Positions 1-8,830 of a DNA stretch of 62,329 nt are shown piece after piece. A program made the translations under genes and the position numbers. This stretch comes from a virus (Duplodnaviria; Caudoviricetes), in the IMG/VR virus record IMGVR_UViG_3300036790_000194, positions 1 to 62,329 of that record. One strand, 5' to 3'. Below the pieces are notes generated by a model. The model was not told where the DNA came from. It saw only the letters and a program-made list of their open reading frames with translations, and searched no databases. Each line of letters opens with the position of its first letter. The first letter of the stretch is position 1.

Positions 1-131
1 ACCGAGATTGCCTGCGGAGGGCCGCCCTGAACGACGCCTGTGTATGTCGTTGTCGGGCCGCTGTAATCAGCTAACGCGACCGTTGCGATGAACGGCGCGA
101 GGAACAGGATTTTGGCGGGCAGATTTCTCAT
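1..131 (-). CDS. 5' fragment of a secreted tailspike-like gene running off the window start (MRNLPAKILFLAPFIATVALA-DYSGPTTTYTG...)
   Basis: ATG at 131 overlaps the TGA of the 599-aa ORF (ATGA coupling); the frame is open to position 1; signal-peptide-like N-terminus ending in ALA. Confidence 0.8.
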   Translation of the reverse strand, partial: MRNLPAKILFLAPFIATVALADYSGPTTTYTGVVQGGPPQAIS

Positions 132-1927
132 GGCGTCGAAAATCCTATGCTATAAAACGGCCTGCCGCCCGTGGCGGAAGTTGACGTAATGATTTGAACG
201 GCGGTGTTTTGTCCAGCCGTAATAGACGCGCTGTCCGTTGTGTCTGTGCATGATGTATTGGTATTCGCGATCTGGCATGTGGGTCCGCTGGCTGGACTGG
301 CCCCGTTAACTCTCAATGTGCAGATGTCGGTGTTACCGGTACCGGGAGCAACGCCAACACTGCAATAGAAACTCTTGAATGTTCCAGTTATCGCCCACGG
401 GACGTTGATGCCACCCTCGGTTCCTGTCGTGCTTGTAGTGAACCCTTCCAGCGGAAAATATGCCGTCGTATTGGCCGTCAGGATGGCTAAAGCACCGCCC
501 GCCGCGACGCTGCGCGCCGTCGTGAGATAGGTCGAGCTACGGTTCCATATGTCTCGCGTCGCCAGATTAGGGACCGTCCACGACGGGAAAATCCCAAAAC
601 TCGGAACGAGCGGCCAATATCCTGGACCAATGACGATCTCAGAAAGATTGGCGTTTGTGATATCCCAAACATTCTGGAATTGAGTTGAAAGTGAATTCGA
701 CGCGGGGCCTACTGAATAGTCCGATATGTTCCACCCATTCGCGTTTACTTGAAATGCCGCCGTCGCAGCGTGCGTATTGTCGTCTTCAACGACCGCGCCA
801 AGAATCGTATCGTTCTCATAGCCGACCCCTGAAATCTGAACCGGGATTGTGCCGTCGCGTTCAAGCGGACGCGGCGCAACAAATCGAATGCCTGTAACGG
901 ACTGGCCGCTCTGCGCGTTCATCACAATGGCAGCGCCCGTTTCAGTCGCAAGCCGCAAGCTGTTGAACGTCCAAACACCAGCAATGCCACAACCGGACTG
1001 CACTCCCCCTGGACAAGAAGCTGCGACTGGAGAGAAAAGCTCTAATGCTGCAACCGATGTATGGTCGAACGCTGACATCGCATCCGTTGTGATATCATAA
1101 ATACTACCGTTCGTCAGATCGGCATAAAGCCCATACGGCTTTCCGACTCCATTCGTGCCAGCATTGAAGCATTGAAGCTCCACGTTCACCATCGTTACGC
1201 CATCGACGAACTGCCCTGTTGCCGGGGCGAGACGCACCATCGCTCCTGACGTATCGGAATTGCAGACGGAAGCTCCTGTATTGCCACCGTTAAACTGAAT
1301 GTTTGCCATATAGGTATTGGAACCCGCCGCGAACAGAAAATTTGAATGGTCATTTATTCCATTTTTGAAATCGCCACTGATGTTTACGAACGTACCGCGC
1401 GATGGCCCTTGCGTAGCGTCGCCCTGTTCAAACACGGATGAGGCATGATTGATAACGAGATTGGAAATCTTCCAGTCCGTGGCGTTCACGACATCGAGCG
1501 CAAACGTGTTGGCTGTCGGTGCGTTGTTAAACACCAAATTGAAATCGTGAATGTAGGGCGATATAGCTGACGTGCCATCGGCACCCAATGTAAAGAACGT
1601 CGTTGCGCTGGCCGAATCCGAAACTGGAAAGGTCAATCGAGTCGTTGGTCCCTGCCCGTATATTTCACCGCAACGTCCAGTAAGCGCCGGAGGGTTCGAT
1701 GCCAAATTCCATGTTCCACTCGGAAAAAATATGCCTCCGATGGTTCCGGCAATACAGTCGGTGATGGCGTTGGCAAAAGCGGTCGAATTGGCCGTAGCGG
1801 TTGACGAGGTGGTCACGCCGTAATTCGTAATAGGCACGATAGGAAGATTTAGCGGTCCGCTATAATCAGCATAGGCCGCCGTCACTGCCGATAGGCAGGC
1901 AATCGCAATAAGGAACTTGCGAAGCAC
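128..1927 (-). CDS. Tailspike / receptor-binding protein, pectin-lyase-like beta-helix, with N-terminal signal peptide
   Basis: PITNYG...STAFANAITD...GGIFFPSGTW resembles the start of a pectate_lyase_3-type beta-helix; rich in N/T/G/S; N-terminus MLRKFLIAIACLSAVTAAYA-DYSGP; 10 Cys in the mature part. Confidence 0.75.
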   Translation of the reverse strand: MLRKFLIAIACLSAVTAAYADYSGPLNLPIVPITNYGVTTSSTATANSTAFANAITDCIAGTIGGIFFPSGTWNLASNPPALTGRCGEIYGQGPTTRLTFPVSDSASATTFFTLGADGTSAISPYIHDFNLVFNNAPTANTFALDVVNATDWKISNLVINHASSVFEQGDATQGPSRGTFVNISGDFKNGINDHSNFLFAAGSNTYMANIQFNGGNTGASVCNSDTSGAMVRLAPATGQFVDGVTMVNVELQCFNAGTNGVGKPYGLYADLTNGSIYDITTDAMSAFDHTSVAALELFSPVAASCPGGVQSGCGIAGVWTFNSLRLATETGAAIVMNAQSGQSVTGIRFVAPRPLERDGTIPVQISGVGYENDTILGAVVEDDNTHAATAAFQVNANGWNISDYSVGPASNSLSTQFQNVWDITNANLSEIVIGPGYWPLVPSFGIFPSWTVPNLATRDIWNRSSTYLTTARSVAAGGALAILTANTTAYFPLEGFTTSTTGTEGGINVPWAITGTFKSFYCSVGVAPGTGNTDICTLRVNGASPASGPTCQIANTNTSCTDTTDSASITAGQNTAVQIITSTSATGGRPFYSIGFSTP

Positions 1928-2449
1928 CTATTTTGCCCCTACGGTAAGAGGGGTTGATGCGGCGCTCGCTATCGCGAACCACTGATCGGAAGGAACGTAT
2001 GTGCCCTCAAATGATTTGTCCCATAGAGGCGGCAGCGTAATCTCTCCCGCAGCGCAGGCCGTTCCGGTGATCGTCGCGGGATTAGTCGTGCTAATACAAA
2101 TCGTGGCCGTGGGACTCTGATTATGAAAATCCGCAAAGACTTTCGCCGTCGATGCAGCCAATATCGAACCGGATGAAGTCCCGACCGTGACACCAGAATA
2201 AGCTCCGGCTGAGTTGGTGGGAGCGGAGACAACCGTTCCCGTAAATGTGCCACTCGTGCAACCGTTGCCGTTTTGATCCTGCGTCTGCGGCATATTTCTT
2301 CCGACAGAGTATGTCGAGTTCGGGGAGCCGCAAGCCGTGACCACATTCAACAGCGGGGGCGTGGATTGCGCGCGCGCCTCGCTTTGCCACACCGCTGACG
2401 CGACAACCGCTAGACTAACATGCGCGGCGAAGAGAATTGCGCGCTTCAC
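1928..2449 (-). CDS. Small secreted, probably virion-associated protein (173 aa)
   Basis: Start re-assigned to GTG 2449 (GTGA overlap with the upstream stop); MKRAILFAAHVSLAVVASAVWQSEARA-QSTPP is signal-peptide-like; 4 Cys. Confidence 0.7.
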   Translation of the reverse strand: MKRAILFAAHVSLAVVASAVWQSEARAQSTPPLLNVVTACGSPNSTYSVGRNMPQTQDQNGNGCTSGTFTGTVVSAPTNSAGAYSGVTVGTSSGSILAASTAKVFADFHNQSPTATICISTTNPATITGTACAAGEITLPPLWDKSFEGTYVPSDQWFAIASAASTPLTVGAK

Positions 2450-2919
2450 CGAATGTACCATATCGTTGTCCCTTGCGAATTGTTGATGGTGATGTCTTGG
2501 TTGGGAACGCTGAGCGCCCATGACGATGAGCCGTCGAGCGTGTCGCTGCCGCTCATCTGAATCGTGCAGGCGTGCGCGGTCACGTCTATTTTCTTCACGT
2601 CCCATATTTGGTTCGGAAATAGACTTCCGAATGGCACCGTGATTACGATAGGTCCGAGGGTGGCGTCACACGGCCAAAGCTGGGCGGTGCCGTCCAGAGT
2701 CGTATTTGAACTGACGGTTGAGTGGACAGTATAAAGCCCGAGCGTGGGCGAGATACAGAGGCGCAATCCAGTGTCGAGGGTGATTGTCCGAATCTGTCCG
2801 ACTTGGCCTGAAATCGCCCCGCAGGCCGGAACAACCTGACCGGTCCCCGGAACGCCTTGTGCATGCGCCACGCCCGCAGAAAACAGCCCCAGAAGGAAGC
2901 CAAGCCAGATTCGCCGCAC
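2446..2919 (-). CDS. Small secreted tail-fibre-type protein (157 aa)
   Basis: MRRIWLGFLLGLFSAGVAHA-QGVP signal peptide; purine-rich RBS AAGGGG; C-terminal ITVP..KKID..CTI..SGSDTLDG module typical of phage fibre proteins; 4 Cys. Confidence 0.75.
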   Translation of the reverse strand: MRRIWLGFLLGLFSAGVAHAQGVPGTGQVVPACGAISGQVGQIRTITLDTGLRLCISPTLGLYTVHSTVSSNTTLDGTAQLWPCDATLGPIVITVPFGSLFPNQIWDVKKIDVTAHACTIQMSGSDTLDGSSSWALSVPNQDITINNSQGTTIWYIR

Positions 2920-2980
2920 GATTGCCCCTTACTGTTGCTCGAATAACACACATACCAAGATTTGTGCGGTTCGGTAAGGG
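2857..2980. repeat. 124-bp exact direct repeat, copy 1 (copy 2 at 3207-3330)
   Basis: Base-by-base identity at offset 350. Confidence 0.95.
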
Positions 2981-2991
2981 GGTGAATTGGG

Positions 2992-3189
2992 TCACGCGAG
3001 CGCGCGTGCTGCGAATAGGAGCAAGCGTATTGCCGCTTGGCGCAGGCGGAATAGTGGCTTTCGAGACCTTGGGCGCGGCGCGGCTACGCGATGCGAAGAT
3101 ACTGCAAGCAGCAATTGCGGCTGCGCTGCCGGAGACGGCGGATAGCCAGCCTTCGACCAAGCGATAAGAGAGGGGTCTTTTTCTATCAT
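2992..3189 (-). CDS. Hypothetical 65-aa protein between the two 124-bp repeats
   Basis: Its ATG overlaps the TGA of a 27-aa mini-ORF (3186-3269) that starts in repeat copy 2. Confidence 0.4.
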   Translation of the reverse strand: MIEKDPSLIAWSKAGYPPSPAAQPQLLLAVSSHRVAAPRPRSRKPLFRLRQAAIRLLLFAARALA

Positions 3190-3206
3190 GGCCGCGTGGC
3201 TTCAAA

Positions 3207-3330
3207 TTGTGCATGCGCCACGCCCGCAGAAAACAGCCCCAGAAGGAAGCCAAGCCAGATTCGCCGCACGATTGCCCCTTACTGTTGCTCGAATAACACA
3301 CATACCAAGATTTGTGCGGTTCGGTAAGGG
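3207..3330. repeat. 124-bp exact direct repeat, copy 2
   Basis: Identical to 2857-2980; contains the upstream region, RBS and full signal-peptide coding sequence. Confidence 0.95.
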
Positions 3331-3335
3331 ACGAG

Positions 3336-6300
3336 CTAGGGCTGGGCGGACTGCGCGTGGCGCTCCGACATCGGCCTTTTGGTGTGCGGCCCATCTAGCC
3401 ACGCCTTGAGACCGCTCGGGGAAAGTTCATGGGTCGACCAGCGCCGCTTAGGGCCGGAACCATCGGAGAACCCATCATCATAAATCGCCCGGGCAGCTTT
3501 GGAGGATTTGGCCCCAAAGACCAGTTTGTGTTCGTCGAATTTCTTGGTCTTGGGATCGAACTGGTTCACGACGAATATCCGAGTGCTTTCGGGATGAGGC
3601 CCAATGTAGGCGTCCACATGTTCATTATCGGCACCTATTGTGCGTTTTATGTAGCCGTAATGTGCGCTACTGTGTCGGTTCTCCCAAGGCTTTCCATCGG
3701 CACCAAGCCCTCGCCGCGCAACACCTTTCGGCGTCTCAATCGAAAGATCAAAGCCGTGGATCGTAACGTGGCCCTTGCGATAATTCCCGGCCTCGATTTG
3801 AGCAGGCGTTGGGTTCTTGTCTGCCTCCGCTGCGGCAGCATGAATGCGGCCGCCATCGGCATACTGCGGAGCTGATTGGGTAGCCTCGAACCCTGACTGC
3901 TGGATCATCCGCTGCGTGCGTGGCGAAACTCGGCTCTGTGGATTCAGCGACGTGCGGATTACCCATTTTTGGTAGCCGCGATCCATGCCGAGTGACGTCA
4001 TATGTTTTTCGGCCTCGGCAGTCTGACCGCTCAGGATTTGAGCGCGGATTGACGGCATCGCTTCGCCGATCTGATATTGTTGTTCGTCCTTGGCGCGGTA
4101 GTAGAATCCCGAGGCTTCCCCGCCCGGCGCGCCATGACTGACTGTGACGCCTGCCGCTGGAAGCGCGACCCCCAGTACGGCTTCGCCACGGGTGCGCGGG
4201 ATAGAAACCCCGAGCTTTTCTGCGGTCGGTGCGATTGCCGCCTTTGTCTCCGGCCCAAGGGTCGCGCCAAGGACGCTACCGGCCATCTGAGTCGGAAACA
4301 CAGAATCCATCGCGGCCATCACGATTTTTGCCATTGCTTTGGCATCTGCCGCAGGCGTCTTGTCGTAAGGGTCATAGAGCTTGCGCCCGTAACCGCGATC
4401 ATTGGCCACCGCTTCATATACTAGCCGCGCATAAGGACTCAATTTTCGCTTGAGAGTATCCATCGGTTCGTCGCCCCAATCCATCAGCTCTTCACCGACC
4501 TTGCCGGTTGGCATACGGCCATACAGCGCAGTTCCATCTTCTGCGTGCCCGATCAGGAATTTGTTGGTTTTGTCCGGCTCATTTTGGGCCGGTGGTTGGA
4601 AATTGTTCGGTTGCCCCATGCCTTGGCGAATAGCGTGCGCGGCGTAAGCCGCGCCATAATTGCCCAAGCGACTGAGACCCATGTCAATCAAGAGCATAGA
4701 GAGTGCCTTGCGCCGCACCACGCTCTGCACATTCTGCAATTCCTGAACGCCTTTGTCACGGAGGATTTGAGCCTGTACGTCGCGTGGAAGGCCGAGCGTA
4801 AAATCCTTGTACGCACCCAGATTGCCCAGCGTGAAGGAACGCGAGAACAGCATAAGATTTGCCGTCATGCGCGCGCCTTTGGACATGGCTTCCATCGGAA
4901 GCGCGCCCGCGTAGCGATTGGCAAAGTGCGCGGCGGCACGATCCGCCGATTCCGCGCTCATGCCCTGTTCTTCAAAATGCTTGGTCAGAGTCGAGAATAT
5001 GCCCATCTGAAGATCGGCCACGCGATCCCAGAGCATTGTATTGTGCCAGAAATCCCCGAAATGATCGATCTTGCGCTTGACGGCCTCGGCACCATCCTTG
5101 TCGAACAGCCCAACAGCATTGCCGATGGCTTTTGCCGTCCATGAGCGACCCGGCGCGATCTGCGGAGGCTCGGCAATCGCCGTAATATCCTGATTGAAAT
5201 ACCGATGCCCAATTGGGTCCATCCCGGCATCAAGCGCGCGACGCATCATTTCTGGGTCCCGCCGCGCAACAGCGCCCTCTCCGTAAAGCTGAATGCCCGG
5301 CTTCACCGCGCCATGCTCATCGGTGTAAAACGGCGTGAGCAGTTTCAGCGGTGCAGCAGGAAGCGCCTTGCCCCAGATCACCTGATTGTGCATCAGTGGC
5401 GACCACATGATCGTGGACATCATCCGGCCCTTCAGGTCCATCAGGCCCTGATAGAGCTTGTTTCCAGTTTTGCTCAGAACGGCCTTTAGCGGACCTTCAA
5501 ACTCTTTCGAGACGTAAAGCGGCTTGGCCTCGAACTGGGTTTGTCCATTCTGATCGAGCGCCGGAACCGTTTTGCCGGTTTCGTCCGTGACGAATTTCGG
5601 TCCCCATGTCTGAAATGCCGGATGGTCGAGCGTGAAGAAATCCTGCGGACTGGATGCGCCCCCTTCTTGCACAACAGGCTCGCCAACTTCCTTGCCCATG
5701 TCCTTGATGCGGTCGATCATCATGCGGCCAGCAATGGCCTTTTCCAGATTGCGCACGCCAAGCGCAACCGTGCGAACATCGTGAACAACGGTCGCGCCTT
5801 CGCCGAACTTCGCTTGCGCAGCCGCTTCGGTTTCTTCCGCCGTGTCATATTTGCGCTCGCGGATGTTACCAGTCGTGGTCGTAAGATTGCGCCCCACGGA
5901 GCCGGGCTTCTCAACATTACGGCCAACACGCTCCGCGCCCTCACCCGTCATGCGAACGACCATGCGGGGCACCCAGTAATCGACGCCTTCGCCCTTCACC
6001 ATGCCGAGTTGTTTTGCGACATCGAACGCGGATGTGGCGCGCTTATTCAACTCATCCATCGTCGCGCGCTGATCGGGAGGCAGTTTGTTCAAGCCCTCAT
6101 TAGGTCCGGGCACTTTCCCGGCGCGGAGCAGATCATCCTGCTCATCGCCTGCGTCCCACATGGCCTTGCGGTCTTCTGGCGAATAGGTCTTTTCCAGATG
6201 CTCATCGACCTTGCCCCACTCGAAATCTGCCCGGCGCTGTGTGTTCATAAAATCCTTGGCGGTTGCGCGGGCGCGAGGCGAGCCTGCCGCCATCGGGGAT

Positions 6301-8828
6301 AACGCCATCTTCATATGCTCGCCTAATTCCTTGACGGAGACGGGCATGTATTTGTCGATGGCCGAGGAAATCCTGCGCCCGACTTCATCCGCGCCTTCGC
6401 CCATCAGGCGTGCGTAAACCCCACGAGGCGTTTTCGATTGCTCCTGAACCTCCGCCGGTTCGCGCTGATACGCAGTCGGTTCCGAACGTGCCATCCGCAT
6501 GGGTAGGTCACGGGTTCCAACTTCGCCAGACTGAATGCGCGAGAACACATCGTTCGGCGTTGCGTCCGCACCAAAAGCGCGGCGCACATGATCGCCGATC
6601 TGCTGGAGCAATTGTTGCAGCCGCCCGAACGTCTTGGCGATGAATGGCGGCAGTTTCGATGGCGCACGCCGCCAGTTCGAAAATTCCTCAGCGACCGCCT
6701 CTTCGGTTTTGAGCGCATCGTCGCCGCCCGGATAGCGGGCATCAATGTTGTGCTTGCCGATCCAGTCTCCGGCTTTGGCCGCGCGTTCCAGCGCATTCCA
6801 TTCCGCAGGCTTGATGAAATTACTGTTTTTCAGATAGTGGATTGCCTCATGGCGTAGCGTGCCTTCCGCATCGGGACTTTCCAGCGACCACGCGATCAAC
6901 CTGCGCATTCCATTGGTGTACGTCGCACCCAGCGTGCGTGCGTTCGATGCAGTTCCGGCCTGACGGTCGAATTCGGAATCCGTTTCGAGCGCGCGCGCGG
7001 GAATGACCTTGGCGCTCGGGACGATCTTCTGCGCAATCTTGCCCACGCCATCAAGGATGCGCTGTTCGTGCGGGAGCGGATTTTCCGGCAGGTGTGCGAT
7101 CAGGTCGTCCGCCAGCGCGACACGCGGACCGAGCGTATTGATCGGATTGTCAATGTCGCCGCGTTGGAACAATGTCTGTTGTTCTGCTGCTGGTTCCGCG
7201 AACATGCCGCCCGGATCACGCTGCGCGACATCGGCACCCATGCGCCCATGACCACTCGCTTCCTGCGCTGCGGCAAGTTGCCGGGCCGATTGCTCGGCAC
7301 CGGGAATTATGGATTGAGGAAGGCCTTCGGCACCGGCTTCGTACTGGACAGTCGGCTCCAATGCAGCACTACTACCGTTTGCTTCTCGATCATCTGGCGC
7401 AGTTTCGACCGCTCCTGATGGTTCAAGGTCGGCTGGCGGAGAAGCGTCTTCAAAGCCTGAAGCCTCTTCATGCTCAGAGCCAATGTCTGCGCCCGGTTCA
7501 TAACCTTCATCTTGGAGCCTTTCCTGCGTTTCGGGCAAGAGGTCGTGGAAATCCTGATCGATGCCATGCTCGGCTTCCGCAAGGTGCGGCTCCGGCGATT
7601 GCGAGGCGCGGTAATCGAGCAGTTTCTGCGCTGCGGTTGGCACGTCATCGCCTGAACCTATACCAGCGCGGCCCAATTCCTCGTCCATTTGGCGACGGCT
7701 CAGGAGGTCGAAATAATCCTGATTAGCGGGGTGATAGACCTTGTCGCCCTGTGCCTCACGGCCCAGAAGATCGTAAAAATCGTTGAGGTCGGTATTGTGG
7801 ACATCCTCTTCGGGGTTTCCGCCAAACCAGCCTTCTTGCGCCAGATGTTCGCGCATGTAGTCGGGCGTCATACCGGAGCCGTTTATCAGACCCGGATATT
7901 TTACGTCCTTGAGCGTGGCCCCGATTTCTCCGGCGTCTGGTAGCGGCGCTCCGTTCTCATCCTTCGTAGCAATCCCGCCTGCCTGCTTGATCGCCTGAAA
8001 CAGGGATTGCGGTTTCGGCATGGGTGAGTTTGCCTGACGTACGTAGCTTTCGGCAGCGGCGACATCCTCGGGATCGTGAGGGTCGATAAGGTCGGACGGC
8101 GGTGTGGCTGCGACAGGCTCAGCCGTCACCGGTGCCGTGGGCGGTTCAGGTGCAGCAACCAGATCATGCGGCGGCTCAACCCGCTTTCCCTTGGCAGCGT
8201 AATCGGCAAGCGCGGTCGTGGGCGCCAACGCTGGGCGCAGCTCCGGCTCTGCCATGCTGGGCCGCGCAACGGCACCCTCGGCTTCTGGCACAACGGCGGG
8301 ATGCTCGGCACCGACGAACATTGACGCCGCACCCAGATCGCCAGCCGCGCTTTCGGCCTGAGCCTGAGGCATTCCGTAACCCATAAGGGTTGGGACCGGA
8401 GCCGCCTCAGCCCCATAGGCGAGACTTTCCAGCGTGCGGACGGCTGCGCTGACAGGTGCCTCGACTACCGAAGCCGCCGTGCTATCCATGACTTTTGGGA
8501 TGACTGCGGGCCAACCGGATGCTTTCGCCTCGGCAACATCGGCAGATTTCTTTTCTGGAGATGCGGTCCACGGTTCCTGCCACGGCTCAGCCATTGCGTT
8601 CGCGACATAGCCAAGCGGATTCAGGACTGGATTGCCTTTCCAGTCTGGCTGGCCCGCTGGTTTCTCTGGCGCGGATGCGTGGGCCTGATACTCAGGCGAG
8701 TTCGGACTTTCGCCGGGCAATGGCACGGGCGGCGGCTCACTCGGTCCGCCCATAAGATCGCTTGGCGGCGCAAGCAGATCAGATGGAGGTCCGCCGACAA
8801 GATCGTCAGGCGGATTGAGCGCATCCAT
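3336..8828 (-). CDS. Large polyvalent / internal virion (ejection) protein with zincin-like HExxH motif and C-terminal InPase-like domain
   Basis: 1830 aa; TLRHEAIHYL...EEAVAE zincin-type motif; C-terminal PTPAQIEAGNYRKGH...HYGYIKRTIGADNEHVD...FDEHK matches the inorganic-pyrophosphatase-like domain of polyvalent proteins; lies after the ejection genes. Confidence 0.8.
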   Translation of the reverse strand: MDALNPPDDLVGGPPSDLLAPPSDLMGGPSEPPPVPLPGESPNSPEYQAHASAPEKPAGQPDWKGNPVLNPLGYVANAMAEPWQEPWTASPEKKSADVAEAKASGWPAVIPKVMDSTAASVVEAPVSAAVRTLESLAYGAEAAPVPTLMGYGMPQAQAESAAGDLGAASMFVGAEHPAVVPEAEGAVARPSMAEPELRPALAPTTALADYAAKGKRVEPPHDLVAAPEPPTAPVTAEPVAATPPSDLIDPHDPEDVAAAESYVRQANSPMPKPQSLFQAIKQAGGIATKDENGAPLPDAGEIGATLKDVKYPGLINGSGMTPDYMREHLAQEGWFGGNPEEDVHNTDLNDFYDLLGREAQGDKVYHPANQDYFDLLSRRQMDEELGRAGIGSGDDVPTAAQKLLDYRASQSPEPHLAEAEHGIDQDFHDLLPETQERLQDEGYEPGADIGSEHEEASGFEDASPPADLEPSGAVETAPDDREANGSSAALEPTVQYEAGAEGLPQSIIPGAEQSARQLAAAQEASGHGRMGADVAQRDPGGMFAEPAAEQQTLFQRGDIDNPINTLGPRVALADDLIAHLPENPLPHEQRILDGVGKIAQKIVPSAKVIPARALETDSEFDRQAGTASNARTLGATYTNGMRRLIAWSLESPDAEGTLRHEAIHYLKNSNFIKPAEWNALERAAKAGDWIGKHNIDARYPGGDDALKTEEAVAEEFSNWRRAPSKLPPFIAKTFGRLQQLLQQIGDHVRRAFGADATPNDVFSRIQSGEVGTRDLPMRMARSEPTAYQREPAEVQEQSKTPRGVYARLMGEGADEVGRRISSAIDKYMPVSVKELGEHMKMALSPMAAGSPRARATAKDFMNTQRRADFEWGKVDEHLEKTYSPEDRKAMWDAGDEQDDLLRAGKVPGPNEGLNKLPPDQRATMDELNKRATSAFDVAKQLGMVKGEGVDYWVPRMVVRMTGEGAERVGRNVEKPGSVGRNLTTTTGNIRERKYDTAEETEAAAQAKFGEGATVVHDVRTVALGVRNLEKAIAGRMMIDRIKDMGKEVGEPVVQEGGASSPQDFFTLDHPAFQTWGPKFVTDETGKTVPALDQNGQTQFEAKPLYVSKEFEGPLKAVLSKTGNKLYQGLMDLKGRMMSTIMWSPLMHNQVIWGKALPAAPLKLLTPFYTDEHGAVKPGIQLYGEGAVARRDPEMMRRALDAGMDPIGHRYFNQDITAIAEPPQIAPGRSWTAKAIGNAVGLFDKDGAEAVKRKIDHFGDFWHNTMLWDRVADLQMGIFSTLTKHFEEQGMSAESADRAAAHFANRYAGALPMEAMSKGARMTANLMLFSRSFTLGNLGAYKDFTLGLPRDVQAQILRDKGVQELQNVQSVVRRKALSMLLIDMGLSRLGNYGAAYAAHAIRQGMGQPNNFQPPAQNEPDKTNKFLIGHAEDGTALYGRMPTGKVGEELMDWGDEPMDTLKRKLSPYARLVYEAVANDRGYGRKLYDPYDKTPAADAKAMAKIVMAAMDSVFPTQMAGSVLGATLGPETKAAIAPTAEKLGVSIPRTRGEAVLGVALPAAGVTVSHGAPGGEASGFYYRAKDEQQYQIGEAMPSIRAQILSGQTAEAEKHMTSLGMDRGYQKWVIRTSLNPQSRVSPRTQRMIQQSGFEATQSAPQYADGGRIHAAAAEADKNPTPAQIEAGNYRKGHVTIHGFDLSIETPKGVARRGLGADGKPWENRHSSAHYGYIKRTIGADNEHVDAYIGPHPESTRIFVVNQFDPKTKKFDEHKLVFGAKSSKAARAIYDDGFSDGSGPKRRWSTHELSPSGLKAWLDGPHTKRPMSERHAQSAQP

Positions 8829-8830
8829 GG

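Noticed and set aside
2857-3330. Repeat pair as a diversity-generating retroelement TR/VR or as attL/attR
   Set aside because: The copies are identical with no adenine-specific differences; no reverse transcriptase or integrase is visible.
2666-3394. 242-aa minus-strand ORF and plus-strand ORFs with internal repeats
   Set aside because: Alternative-frame read-outs of the 124-bp duplication.
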